A stretch of DNA of 64,000 bases from Gammaproteobacteria bacterium. Lineage in GTDB: Bacteria; Pseudomonadota; Gammaproteobacteria; Steroidobacterales; Rariloculaceae. Shown here in pieces: positions 18,545-26,677 of this stretch. The stretch spans positions 2,597 through 66,596 of the forward strand of contig JBJHBT010000012.1 in NCBI GenBank assembly GCA_050485645.1, written 5' to 3'. Position numbers and translations under genes: made by a program. Positions within the stretch are counted from its first letter, which is position 1; each line of letters opens with the position of its first letter. The notes under the pieces were generated by a model. It saw only the letters and a list, made by a program, of their open reading frames with translations. It made no database searches and had not been told where the DNA came from.

Positions 18545-20178
18545 ACGGTGTGGTGAGCGGCAGGGCGATCCCGACGGCGGAAGAACCGCGCCATCGGCCA
18601 CTCCCAGCGGAGGCGGCAGAGGACGTGGGAGGGGCGGCTGATGTCCGGGCGACGCCGGTTCAGCAGGCCCAGGCGCGCAAGCGGGCTCAGGCGGCGCTGG
18701 CCGACGGGGAATGGCGCGTGGCGGAACGACTTTTCCGCGCGCTGCTGAGCGTGGATCCGGGAGACCGGCATGCGCTGAAGGGGATGGCGGCGATCTGTCT
18801 GTCGACACGACGTCACAATGAGGCCCTTGCGTTCGCAACGCGTCTGCGCGAGCTGGCGGATAGCGACGCGGAATCCTTCAATCTCCTGGGCGCGGTGTAC
18901 TACGAGCTGGGTCGACCGGATGCCGCCGCGGAGGCGCTGCGCGAGGCCTTGCGTCTGGACCCTTCCAGCGATGCGGCTCTGGACAACTACGCTCTGATAC
19001 TGCGGTCGCAGGGGCAACTGGAAACCGCATCCAGCATGTTCGGGGCGTTGCTGGCCAGACATCCGCGCAATCCGCGACTGTGGCAGCGCTATGCGGAGTC
19101 ACGTGCGTTCGCCGCCGACGCGCCCGAGGTGGAACTGCTGGACACGCTGCTCGCCGCGACCGAATCCGACACCACCCCTGGCACTGGCCAGGGTGATCGT
19201 GCGCTGCTGCTGTCATCCAGAGCCAAGATGCATCTGGATGCCGGTGACGCAGACGCCGCATTCGCCGCTTTCCGTCAAGCCAACGCCTTGCGCCGTCAGT
19301 GTCATGCCGACGCTTTCGAACCATTCCGCCGTGGTGAGCCGCTCGATCGGGCCGAGCGGTTGATCCGGGGGATCACGGCGGATGTGTGTGAGCACTGGCG
19401 CGGGCGGGTACGGCCAAGGCGCGGCGTCACCCTGCTCCTTGGGCCTCCACGATCAGGGAAATCACTGCTCGAAAGTGCGCTGGCCGCACACGCCGCGATC
19501 ACGACCTACGGCGAGATGGACACGCTGGACCTGTCGCTGAAGCAGCTCGGGCCGGTATTTGCCGGCCAGGATCCCGCCGCACTGGTCCGCATCGGCAAGG
19601 CGGAAGCCAGACGGGCAGCGGCCGTCGTGGATGCAAGCCTTGGCGATGCGTCGCAGCAGCAGGTGTGTACCCGCCTGTTGACAACGCCGGCGCTGAATCA
19701 GCATGCAGGTACCCTGATGCTGCTCAATCCGGCAATGCGCCTTGTGATCTGTCAGCGGGATCCGGTAGCGAATGCGATGGCGATCTATACGCGACATTTC
19801 GATCGGCCTCAGCCCTACGCCTGGCAGGTGGATACGGTAGCCGAGTATGTGGCGGTGTATCGACGTCTGGCGCGTCATTGGGCGGACCTGTTTCCGAATC
19901 GGGTGGTGTGCGTGGACTACGAGGACCTGGTTGCAGCGCCGGACGAGACCGTTGCGCGCGTGTTGGCATTTCACGACCTGCCGTGGCAGTCCGCCTGTGC
20001 CAATCGGCACGGCTTCGAGCTGTCGCCGGCAACGGTTGGTTATTCCGGCAGCGTCGACGGCCGGGCACGCATCAGTCCCGCGTTCAGCAACATCAAGGCG
20101 GTGTTCGGCAACCAGGTGCCCCTGTTCCGGGATGCGCTGGAACGGGCCTTCGATCGCGTGCGGAGGCGGCTCGGATGA
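18541..20178 (+). CDS. TPR-repeat protein fused to a sulfotransferase domain (putative flagellar modification enzyme)
   Basis: GTG at 18541 overlaps the flgL stop (GTGA). The N-terminal half has TPR-like repeats (NLLGAVYYELGRPDAAAEALREALRLDPSS). The C-terminal half has sulfotransferase PAPS-binding-like motifs LLLGPPRSGKSLLES and ICQRDPVANAMAIY. Confidence 0.7.
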   Translation: MNGVVSGRAIPTAEEPRHRPLPAEAAEDVGGAADVRATPVQQAQARKRAQAALADGEWRVAERLFRALLSVDPGDRHALKGMAAICLSTRRHNEALAFATRLRELADSDAESFNLLGAVYYELGRPDAAAEALREALRLDPSSDAALDNYALILRSQGQLETASSMFGALLARHPRNPRLWQRYAESRAFAADAPEVELLDTLLAATESDTTPGTGQGDRALLLSSRAKMHLDAGDADAAFAAFRQANALRRQCHADAFEPFRRGEPLDRAERLIRGITADVCEHWRGRVRPRRGVTLLLGPPRSGKSLLESALAAHAAITTYGEMDTLDLSLKQLGPVFAGQDPAALVRIGKAEARRAAAVVDASLGDASQQQVCTRLLTTPALNQHAGTLMLLNPAMRLVICQRDPVANAMAIYTRHFDRPQPYAWQVDTVAEYVAVYRRLARHWADLFPNRVVCVDYEDLVAAPDETVARVLAFHDLPWQSACANRHGFELSPATVGYSGSVDGRARISPAFSNIKAVFGNQVPLFRDALERAFDRVRRRLG

Positions 20179-20234
20179 CCACGACGCCAATGACCACGAC
20201 GCCGATGACCGCGGCAGGGATGACAGCGGCACGC
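20175..20234 (+). repeat. 15-bp tandem repeat x4 (ATGACCACGACGCCA-like)
   Basis: Units at 20175-20189, 20190-20204, 20205-20219 and 20220-20234. They read MTTTP MTTTP MTAAG MTAAR in the frame of a possible 78-aa ORF (20175-20411). Confidence 0.8.
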
Positions 20235-20325
20235 GTGAACGTGACCGGATTCACAGCCGTCGTCGTTGCGACTGTCGAATGCGTCACACCCTGCGCCGGA
20301 TCGGTGCGCGCATGCCATACCGGAC

Positions 20326-20352
20326 TAAAGGTCGGCGCACTCGGGTCGATAC
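20326..20352 (+). promoter_or_regulatory. Sigma-28 (FliA) promoter of fliC
   Basis: TAAAG-N14-GTCGATAC versus consensus TAAA-N15-GCCGATAA (-10 matches 6/8). About 100 nt upstream of the fliC ATG. Confidence 0.7.
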
Positions 20353-20450
20353 CTTGGTCGCAAGCGGTGCCTTCCGGCCGCCGGCACGGTGCCCGCCGCT
20401 GGCGGCAATGAAAGAATCGAACGCAATTGTAAAGAATCAGGAGTATCCAA

Positions 20451-21929
20451 ATGTCCCAGGTCATCAACACCAACGTGATGTCGCTGAATGCCCAGCGCAA
20501 TCTGGCGAACTCGGGTGGGCAGCTCGCAGTGTCGCTGCAGCGTCTGTCGTCGGGCCTGCGCATCAACAGCGCAAAGGACGACGCGGCAGGGCTCGCGATT
20601 TCCGAGCGGTTCACAACACAGATTCGCGGCCTGAATCAGGCGATCCGCAACTCCAACGACGGTATCTCACTGGCACAGACCGGTGAAGGCGCCCTGCAGG
20701 AGATTTCCAACAACCTGCAGCGCATCCGCGAGTTGGCCGTGCAGTCGGCGAACGCCACCAACAGTGCCTCCGACCGTGCGGCGCTGGATGCTGAAGTGCA
20801 GCAGCGGCTGGCGGAAGTGAACCGCATCGCCAACCAGACGTCGTTCAACGGCCAGAAAATTCTCGACGGCAGCTTCGGTTCGGCCGTGTTCCAGGTTGGC
20901 GCCAATGTTGGCGAAACGATTTCGCTGAGCCTTGGCACCAGCATGCGCACCACCGACATCGGTGCGATCGCCACGGCCACTTCGGTGGATCTGGGCACGC
21001 TGATCTCGGAAGCCGAGGATGCGGTGCCGACGACGTCCGTGGCGGCAGGCGCCTTCACCGACGCCACCGGCGCCACCGGATCGACGTTCACGCTGACGGT
21101 GGGTGGTGTACAGATCGTCGATCTGGCGACCACGGGAGCTGCCGTTCCGATCACCGCAGCGGATCTTGACGCCGACTTCGACGTCGCCGCTCAGGGAGCA
21201 CTGGCTGCCGCCGGGATTACGTTCTCAGGCAGCTTCGCCGACGGGACGATGACGTTCACCCGCGCCGACGGGCAGGATTTTGATGTTGCTCGTGGCGGTA
21301 CGGCGGCTGGCGGTACGTTTGCCGACGGCGCGTTTGTCGGTACGCACAGCAACGGTACCGAAGCTTCCCCGGCCGAGGCGCTGACGATTACCGACCTGAC
21401 TCTGCAGATCGGTGACGCCGAGGCGGTCGCGGTGACCGCCGACGACTATGATTCGGTGCAGGGCTTCATCGATGCACTGAACTCGGCGCTGGGCAGTGAC
21501 GGCACCGCTACGCTGAACGAGAACGGAACGGTCAGCATTCTGGCTTCGCAGCCGATCACCATCAGTGGCGCGGATCAGGCCACGGTGTTCAGTGCGGCGA
21601 GCTACGCGGCCTCGGGCGACCTGGCTGGTGTAACGGTGACATCGGTTTCGGCGGCCAATGATGCGATACAGCGTATCGACTCGGCGCTGACCGCCGTGAG
21701 CAGCCTGCGCAGCGATTTCGGCGCGGTGCAGAACCGCTTCGAATCGGTGATCGCGAACCTGAACACGGTATCCGAGAACCTGTCGGCCTCGCGGTCGCGC
21801 ATCATGGACGCGGACTTCGCGGCGGAAACCGCGAACCTGACCCGCGCCCAGGTGTTGCAGCAGGCCGGTGTCGCGATCCTGGCACAGGCCAACGCGATGC
21901 CGCAGAACGTTCTTGCGCTGCTGCGCTGA
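20451..21929 (+). CDS. fliC: Flagellin FliC
   Basis: 492 aa. N-terminal MSQVINTNVMSLNAQRNLANSGGQLAVSLQRLSSGLRINSAKDDAAGLAISERF and C-terminal AAETANLTRAQVLQQAGVAILAQANAMPQNVLALLR, with an Ala/Thr/Gly/Asp-rich central domain. Confidence 0.97.
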   Translation: MSQVINTNVMSLNAQRNLANSGGQLAVSLQRLSSGLRINSAKDDAAGLAISERFTTQIRGLNQAIRNSNDGISLAQTGEGALQEISNNLQRIRELAVQSANATNSASDRAALDAEVQQRLAEVNRIANQTSFNGQKILDGSFGSAVFQVGANVGETISLSLGTSMRTTDIGAIATATSVDLGTLISEAEDAVPTTSVAAGAFTDATGATGSTFTLTVGGVQIVDLATTGAAVPITAADLDADFDVAAQGALAAAGITFSGSFADGTMTFTRADGQDFDVARGGTAAGGTFADGAFVGTHSNGTEASPAEALTITDLTLQIGDAEAVAVTADDYDSVQGFIDALNSALGSDGTATLNENGTVSILASQPITISGADQATVFSAASYAASGDLAGVTVTSVSAANDAIQRIDSALTAVSSLRSDFGAVQNRFESVIANLNTVSENLSASRSRIMDADFAAETANLTRAQVLQQAGVAILAQANAMPQNVLALLR

Positions 21930-21945
21930 ACGGACGTTGACTGAC

Positions 21946-21975
21946 GATGGCGGCGGCCTTCCGGTCGCCGCCATC
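21946..21975 (+). terminator. Stem-loop downstream of fliC (candidate terminator)
   Basis: GATGGCGGCGGCC-TTCC-GGTCGCCGCCATC, a 13-bp stem with one mismatch, 17 nt after the stop. No T-tract follows, so intrinsic termination is uncertain. Confidence 0.45.
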
Positions 21976-22053
21976 CATGTCTGAAACGCGGTGCCGGCAC
22001 GATCAGAGGACCGGGAAAACATGAGACCAGGACCTTATGCGGAGTGATCGGCA

Positions 22054-23400
22054 ATGAGCGGTTTCAGCGGCCTTGGCATCGGTTCGGGCCTTGATCTGGG
22101 TACCCTGGTCGCCGGCCTGGTACGGGCCGAACGCGAGCCGGTGGAAAATCGCATCAATCGCAATCGCACCAGAACCCAGACGACACTGTCGGCCTTGGGC
22201 ACACTGAAGTCCGCGGTGGCCAGATTGGATGATTCGGTGGCCGCGCTGTCGGGTTTCACGCCTGGCATGCGGGCCAGCAGTTCCGATGCAACGGCCGTTG
22301 CCGTTGCGATATCCGGGCAGGCATCGCCATCGTCCTGGCAGGTGCGTGTGCTGGAACTTGCCAGTGCGCAGTCGCTGGCCAGCGCGCCATTCAGTGGCGC
22401 TGATGAAGTCATCGGTGCCGGTGCATTGACTGTTCAGATCGGCGGCGACGAGGTCACACTGGAGTTCGACGCCGATGCAACGCTGGCCGATGTCGCCGCC
22501 GCCATCAATTCAGGCGGGCTCGACGTTCAGGCGGCCATCGTGCGCGACGGTGATTCATCCCGGCTGCTGCTGACGTCCGGCCGCACCGGGAGTGATGGCG
22601 CCATGGTGCTGTCTGTCACCGGTGGACTTGATCCGCGTCTGGCATCAGCAGCAATGGACGAAACCGCCGCCGCCGGTGACGCCGTATTCGTCGTCAACGG
22701 CCTGCAGCTGAGCAGCGCATCGAACGTTGTTGATGACGTGCTGCCGGGTGTGACGCTGACGCTGCGCCGGCCTACCGAAGACGACATCGTCGCGGTGCGC
22801 GTGGAACCGGATCGGCAGGCGCTGAAATCGCGCCTGGACGCAATGCTCACCGCCTACAATGCACTGGTCGACAACATCCGCAGCAGTGGTCGTGCCGATC
22901 CCCAGGGAGGCAACAGCGGCCCGCTGGTCGGCGATGCCACGCTGCGTTCGTTGCAGACTGGCCTGTCGGGCATCTTCTCATCACGCGTGGACACCGGAGC
23001 GGAAGGCCCGGCACTGACCATGATGCTGGAGCTCGGAGTGAGCACCGACGTGAACGGTCGCGCGACACTGGATGCGGCCCGCTTCGAGGAAGCCTTCGCG
23101 GCGAACCGGGATGGCGTGGAATCACTGGTGATTGCCTTCGGTGATCGCGTCGCCGGAACGCTGGAACGATTCGCCGGCAACAGCGGAGTTCTCGGGTCGC
23201 GTTCCGACAGTCTCAACGCACAGCTGCTCACCCTGGCTCGTCAGCAGGAATCGCTGGACCGTCGTATGGAGCAGCTCGAGAACCGCCTGCGCGCGCAGTT
23301 CACCGCCCTGGATGGTCTGCTGGCGCAGTTCCAGAGCACCAGCACGTACCTGGCCCAGCAGCTGAGCGCGATCAGCAATCTCCAGCCCGGCGGGCGTTGA
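22054..23400 (+). CDS. fliD: Flagellar filament cap protein FliD
   Basis: 448 aa. N-terminal GLGIGSGLDLGTLVAGLVRAEREPVENRI and C-terminal RLRAQFTALDGLLAQFQSTSTYLAQQL. Confidence 0.95.
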   Translation: MSGFSGLGIGSGLDLGTLVAGLVRAEREPVENRINRNRTRTQTTLSALGTLKSAVARLDDSVAALSGFTPGMRASSSDATAVAVAISGQASPSSWQVRVLELASAQSLASAPFSGADEVIGAGALTVQIGGDEVTLEFDADATLADVAAAINSGGLDVQAAIVRDGDSSRLLLTSGRTGSDGAMVLSVTGGLDPRLASAAMDETAAAGDAVFVVNGLQLSSASNVVDDVLPGVTLTLRRPTEDDIVAVRVEPDRQALKSRLDAMLTAYNALVDNIRSSGRADPQGGNSGPLVGDATLRSLQTGLSGIFSSRVDTGAEGPALTMMLELGVSTDVNGRATLDAARFEEAFAANRDGVESLVIAFGDRVAGTLERFAGNSGVLGSRSDSLNAQLLTLARQQESLDRRMEQLENRLRAQFTALDGLLAQFQSTSTYLAQQLSAISNLQPGGR

Positions 23401-23504
23401 TCCGTTATTTCCGCGCTGTTCCGCCTTCAGTTTTTCCCGCTTGCGGTCGATAAACCGGTATCACGAACAGCGGCCTTGACGGCCAACCTCTGCAGGAGAC
23501 AACG

Positions 23505-23930
23505 GTGATGATGCGTGGCGGGATTCACAGTGGGGTGAAACAGTACCAGCAGGTGGGCATGCAGATGCCGGTGCACGATGCCTCTCCGCATCAGCTGATC
23601 CAGATGATGTTCGATGGCGCCCTGCAGGCACTGGCTGCCGCGCGGGGTGCACTTCAGGCCGGAGAAATCAGCGCCAGGGGCGAGCATATCGGCAAGGCCA
23701 TCGATCTTGTGGAGGGATTGCGCATCAGTCTGGATATGGAACGCGGTGGCGACCTGGCACAGAACCTCGCCGCGCTCTACGACTACATGGCGCGACGCCT
23801 GCTGGAAGCGAACATGCGCGGGGATGACAGCCTACTGGTGGAGGTCACCAGCCTGCTGCGCGAACTGAACACCGGCTGGCAGGAACTTGGCGAGCTGCTG
23901 GTCAGGCACGCGACGGACGAAGTTCGGTGA
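23505..23930 (+). CDS. fliS: Flagellin-specific export chaperone FliS
   Basis: ASPHQLIQMMFDGALQALAAARGAL...KAIDLVEGLRISLDMERGGDLAQNLAALYDYMARRL is a typical FliS core. Confidence 0.9.
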   Translation: MMMRGGIHSGVKQYQQVGMQMPVHDASPHQLIQMMFDGALQALAAARGALQAGEISARGEHIGKAIDLVEGLRISLDMERGGDLAQNLAALYDYMARRLLEANMRGDDSLLVEVTSLLRELNTGWQELGELLVRHATDEVR

Positions 23931-24340
23931 CCGGCGCGACGCTGACGCCTCCCGCTTGCAAGACGCTGCCACCGGGCGACGAGGCTGGCGAGGCCAGTCT
24001 CCACAAGGCACTGGTCGAGCGCGTGGATGCCTGCATCTCGGATGCCGCGCGGGCCGTTCAGGAACACGACTGGCAGGCGGCGGCAGAGGCCAATCAGGCG
24101 CTGCATCGCGTGCTGCTGGAGGTGGAGAAACTGGCCGGTGCGCATGCCGCCGGACAATGGAGTGCGCAGGATCTGTATCCGCTGCTGGCCTGCCTGCAGG
24201 CCGCCAGTGCCGGGCATCGGCGTCTGATCGCAACCCTGGACGCGCAGAAATCAGACACGCTGGAGCAGTTGCGCGGCGTTCGTGCCGGCCACAGACTGAT
24301 GGCCGGGTTTCCGGAGCCGATGGCACAGCCGCCACGATGA
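23927..24340 (+). CDS. Hypothetical helical protein, possibly FliT-like flagellar chaperone
   Basis: 137-aa all-helical ORF. Its GTG overlaps the fliS stop (GTGA) and it sits in the position fliT occupies in related clusters. No strong motif recognised. Confidence 0.35.
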   Translation: MTGATLTPPACKTLPPGDEAGEASLHKALVERVDACISDAARAVQEHDWQAAAEANQALHRVLLEVEKLAGAHAAGQWSAQDLYPLLACLQAASAGHRRLIATLDAQKSDTLEQLRGVRAGHRLMAGFPEPMAQPPR

Positions 24341-24963
24341 GCGATTCGACGACCAGCACGCAAGCACTGTCAGTGGCGCAGCTGCGCGCACTGGGAGATC
24401 ACGTGTACTGCGACGACGAGCTGCGTCTGGAATGGCGACGCATCGACGATCTTCCCCAGGAGCCGGTGCTGGCGCGTTGCAACGCGCGAAACGAGACGAT
24501 GCTGCGCGCATTCGCGATGCTCGAGGAACACGATGTCACCCAGGCCGACGGCGCGGAACGGGCCGAGTTTCACCGACTGGAAGGCAAGCTGGACCTGGCC
24601 CTGGAGCTGCTTGCGGATGTCGTGCGTGAACGCGAGCAGGACGTGTCGCCCGTGCCGGTGCGCTTCAATATGCGCGGTCTGTGCTGGAGCAGCCCGAAGC
24701 GTGCGGAGTCCGGCGAGCTGCTGCGTGTCGACTGCCATCTGCTGCCTCCCTGGCCGTTGCCGCTGCGCCTGTATGCGCAGGTGGTGGGTGTCGAGCGGCA
24801 AGCGGATCTCTGGCTTGTCTGTTCGCGACTGCAGGGCCTGACTCCGGGCGTCGAAGACTGGCTGGCCAAGCTGGTGTTCCGGCGCCATCGTCGCCAGGTT
24901 GCCCGACAGCGTTCGCGCAACCACCGCGCCGTGAGCGACCGGCACGCGGGGGATCCCGACTGA
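24337..24963 (+). CDS. Hypothetical protein, possibly atypical PilZ-like c-di-GMP receptor
   Basis: ATG at 24337 overlaps the upstream stop (ATGA). 208 aa with a beta-rich C-terminal half (VPVRFNMRGLCWSS...LLRVDCHLL...LRLYAQVVGVE) and an Arg-rich tail FRRHRRQVARQR. A PilZ-type gene is known at this position in Xanthomonas-type flagellar clusters. Assignment is tentative. Confidence 0.35.
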   Translation: MSDSTTSTQALSVAQLRALGDHVYCDDELRLEWRRIDDLPQEPVLARCNARNETMLRAFAMLEEHDVTQADGAERAEFHRLEGKLDLALELLADVVREREQDVSPVPVRFNMRGLCWSSPKRAESGELLRVDCHLLPPWPLPLRLYAQVVGVERQADLWLVCSRLQGLTPGVEDWLAKLVFRRHRRQVARQRSRNHRAVSDRHAGDPD

Positions 24964-25140
24964 AGCCGGGCCGCTGCCCGGAAAGAATTCGCAAGATTCA
25001 CGGGTTCCGACAGTGCGGAAAGCCGTCACTGGTGCCTGGTTCCGTGACTGAATACACTTGCGCGTATCGACATTCGGTTCATACTTCACCGGCATGAATG
25101 ACCTGTCCGTGGCTTCGGAAATGAAAATATCCGCTTATCC

Positions 25141-26493
25141 GTGCGCACGTGCATTCGGCGCATGCCGGCAAAGTGCCTCCCCTTCGGCGGTGAAAGGCGC
25201 TGCCGTCACCCGACATCCCGTACACCCATTGACTGTCCCGACGTGAGCAACCCGAACGACGTGAATGCCGGTGGCGCGTTGACCACCGAAGGCGATGCCT
25301 TGTTCAGATCGCTTGTCGGCGACAGCGCTGCGGTGAAGAAAGTGCGTGAGATGATCGCGCAGGTCGCACCGACCGACGCAACGGCGCTGATTCTTGGTGA
25401 GACCGGAACGGGCAAGGAAGTCGTCGCCCGCAATCTGCACTATTTCAGCACGCGTCGCAGCCAGCCATTCGTTGCCGTCAACTGTGGTGCGATTCCGGCT
25501 GAGTTGCTGGAAAGCGAACTGTTCGGCCACGAAAGGGGCGCCTTCACCGGAGCGCTCACCGCCCGCAAGGGGCGTTTCGAACTCGCATCCGGCGGCACGC
25601 TGTTTCTCGACGAGATCGGCGATATGCGGCTCGATATGCAGGTCAAGCTGCTGCGGGTTCTGCAGGAGCGGCGCTTCGACCGCGTCGGCGCGTCATCGAG
25701 CATGAATGTGGACGTGCGTGTGATTGCCGCCACGCACAGGGATCTGGAGCAGATGATCGCGGAGGGCACGTTCCGTGAGGATCTGTACTATCGGCTCAAC
25801 GTCGTGCCTATCGAGATGCCGCCGCTGCGGGACCGCCTCGAGGACATTCCACTGCTGATGGCGGAACTGAATTCGCGTCTGGAAGGACGCGGCCTGACGC
25901 CTTCACGCTTCAGCGACGAAGCCTTCGCCGCGCTGTTTCGCTATGGCTGGACGGGTAACGTCAGGGAACTGGCGAATCTGGTGGAGCGTTTCGCGATACT
26001 GGTACCGGGACGGGAAGTACGGCTGGCGGATCTGCCCGCCAAGATCACAGCCGCACAGAGGCCGGCAGCAAGTGTCGGGTCGCATCATCCTGTTCGGTCG
26101 GCAATACCGGGTGTGACATCGCACGGTTCTATCCCCCAGGGTTCAGCACCCCAGGGTTCACAGCTCCGGGGTTCATTGCCAGAAGGAACGGCCGCCCGTG
26201 GTTCGACGCCGGATCCACTGGCGGTTCCGGGCTCCGGAACGCTGCGCGAACCGGGTCTCCCGCCCGACATCGGCTTCGGTCACGAACCTATCGAGCTCAA
26301 AGGCGTGCTGGAAACCCTGGAGATCAGACTGATCTCGCAGGCACTGGATCGCTGCGGCGGCGTCGTTGCCCACGCGGCACGCAATCTCGGGCTGCGCCGC
26401 ACCACACTGGTGGAGAAGATCCGCAAGTTCGGTATCGAACGCGAAGGCGGTCTGGTCGAGAACGATCAGGCCTCGAGCGCCTCGCACGCCTGA
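25141..26493 (+). CDS. Sigma-54-dependent transcriptional activator without receiver domain (FleQ-like master regulator candidate)
   Basis: AAA+ core with Walker [15 protein letters not shown] loop (HERGAFTGA) and ESELFGH, plus a C-terminal Fis-type HTH ([21 protein letters not shown]). Only about 20-55 aa precede the AAA+ core. Start is uncertain (GTG 25141, ATG 25162 or GTG 25243). Confidence 0.85.
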   Translation: MRTCIRRMPAKCLPFGGERRCRHPTSRTPIDCPDVSNPNDVNAGGALTTEGDALFRSLVGDSAAVKKVREMIAQVAPTDATALILGETGTGKEVVARNLHYFSTRRSQPFVAVNCGAIPAELLESELFGHERGAFTGALTARKGRFELASGGTLFLDEIGDMRLDMQVKLLRVLQERRFDRVGASSSMNVDVRVIAATHRDLEQMIAEGTFREDLYYRLNVVPIEMPPLRDRLEDIPLLMAELNSRLEGRGLTPSRFSDEAFAALFRYGWTGNVRELANLVERFAILVPGREVRLADLPAKITAAQRPAASVGSHHPVRSAIPGVTSHGSIPQGSAPQGSQLRGSLPEGTAARGSTPDPLAVPGSGTLREPGLPPDIGFGHEPIELKGVLETLEIRLISQALDRCGGVVAHAARNLGLRRTTLVEKIRKFGIEREGGLVENDQASSASHA

Positions 26494-26611
26494 CCCTGGC
26501 GTCGTTGCCGGTGACGGCTGGCCGTCACGGTGCCGTCGCATTGGCGTCGGGATTCCGGCGCCTGCCTGATGCGCTGCCCGCAATCCACTGAAATATGAAC
26601 ACTTTATCGAT

Positions 26612-26627
26612 TGGCACGCTCCTTGCT
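26612..26627 (+). promoter_or_regulatory. Sigma-54 promoter upstream of the second activator gene
   Basis: TGGCAC-GCTCC-TTGCT, an exact match to the -24/-12 consensus, 50 nt upstream of ATG 26678. It is preceded by an AT-rich tract (GAAATATGAACACTTTATCGAT). Confidence 0.8.
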
Positions 26628-26677
26628 TGTGTTCGCTGTGTAGTGAATTCGGCAGCAGAGTCAGGGAGTGCCGCGAT

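Noticed and set aside
11483-18838. Minus-strand ORFs 11483-12646, 16321-17619 and 17294-18838
   Set aside because: They are antisense to flgG, flgK, flgL and the TPR-sulfotransferase gene. No recognisable domains, and the composition is dominated by Arg/His/Pro.
23427-23453. TCAG-N15-GTCGATAA upstream of fliS as a sigma-28 promoter
   Set aside because: The -10 matches 7/8 but the -35 only 2/4. It may be a weak internal promoter, but the evidence is too thin to annotate.
25058-25085. TTGCGC-N16-CATACT as a sigma-70 promoter for the first activator
   Set aside because: Each hexamer matches only 4/6, and many equally good matches occur by chance. The start codon of the gene is itself uncertain.
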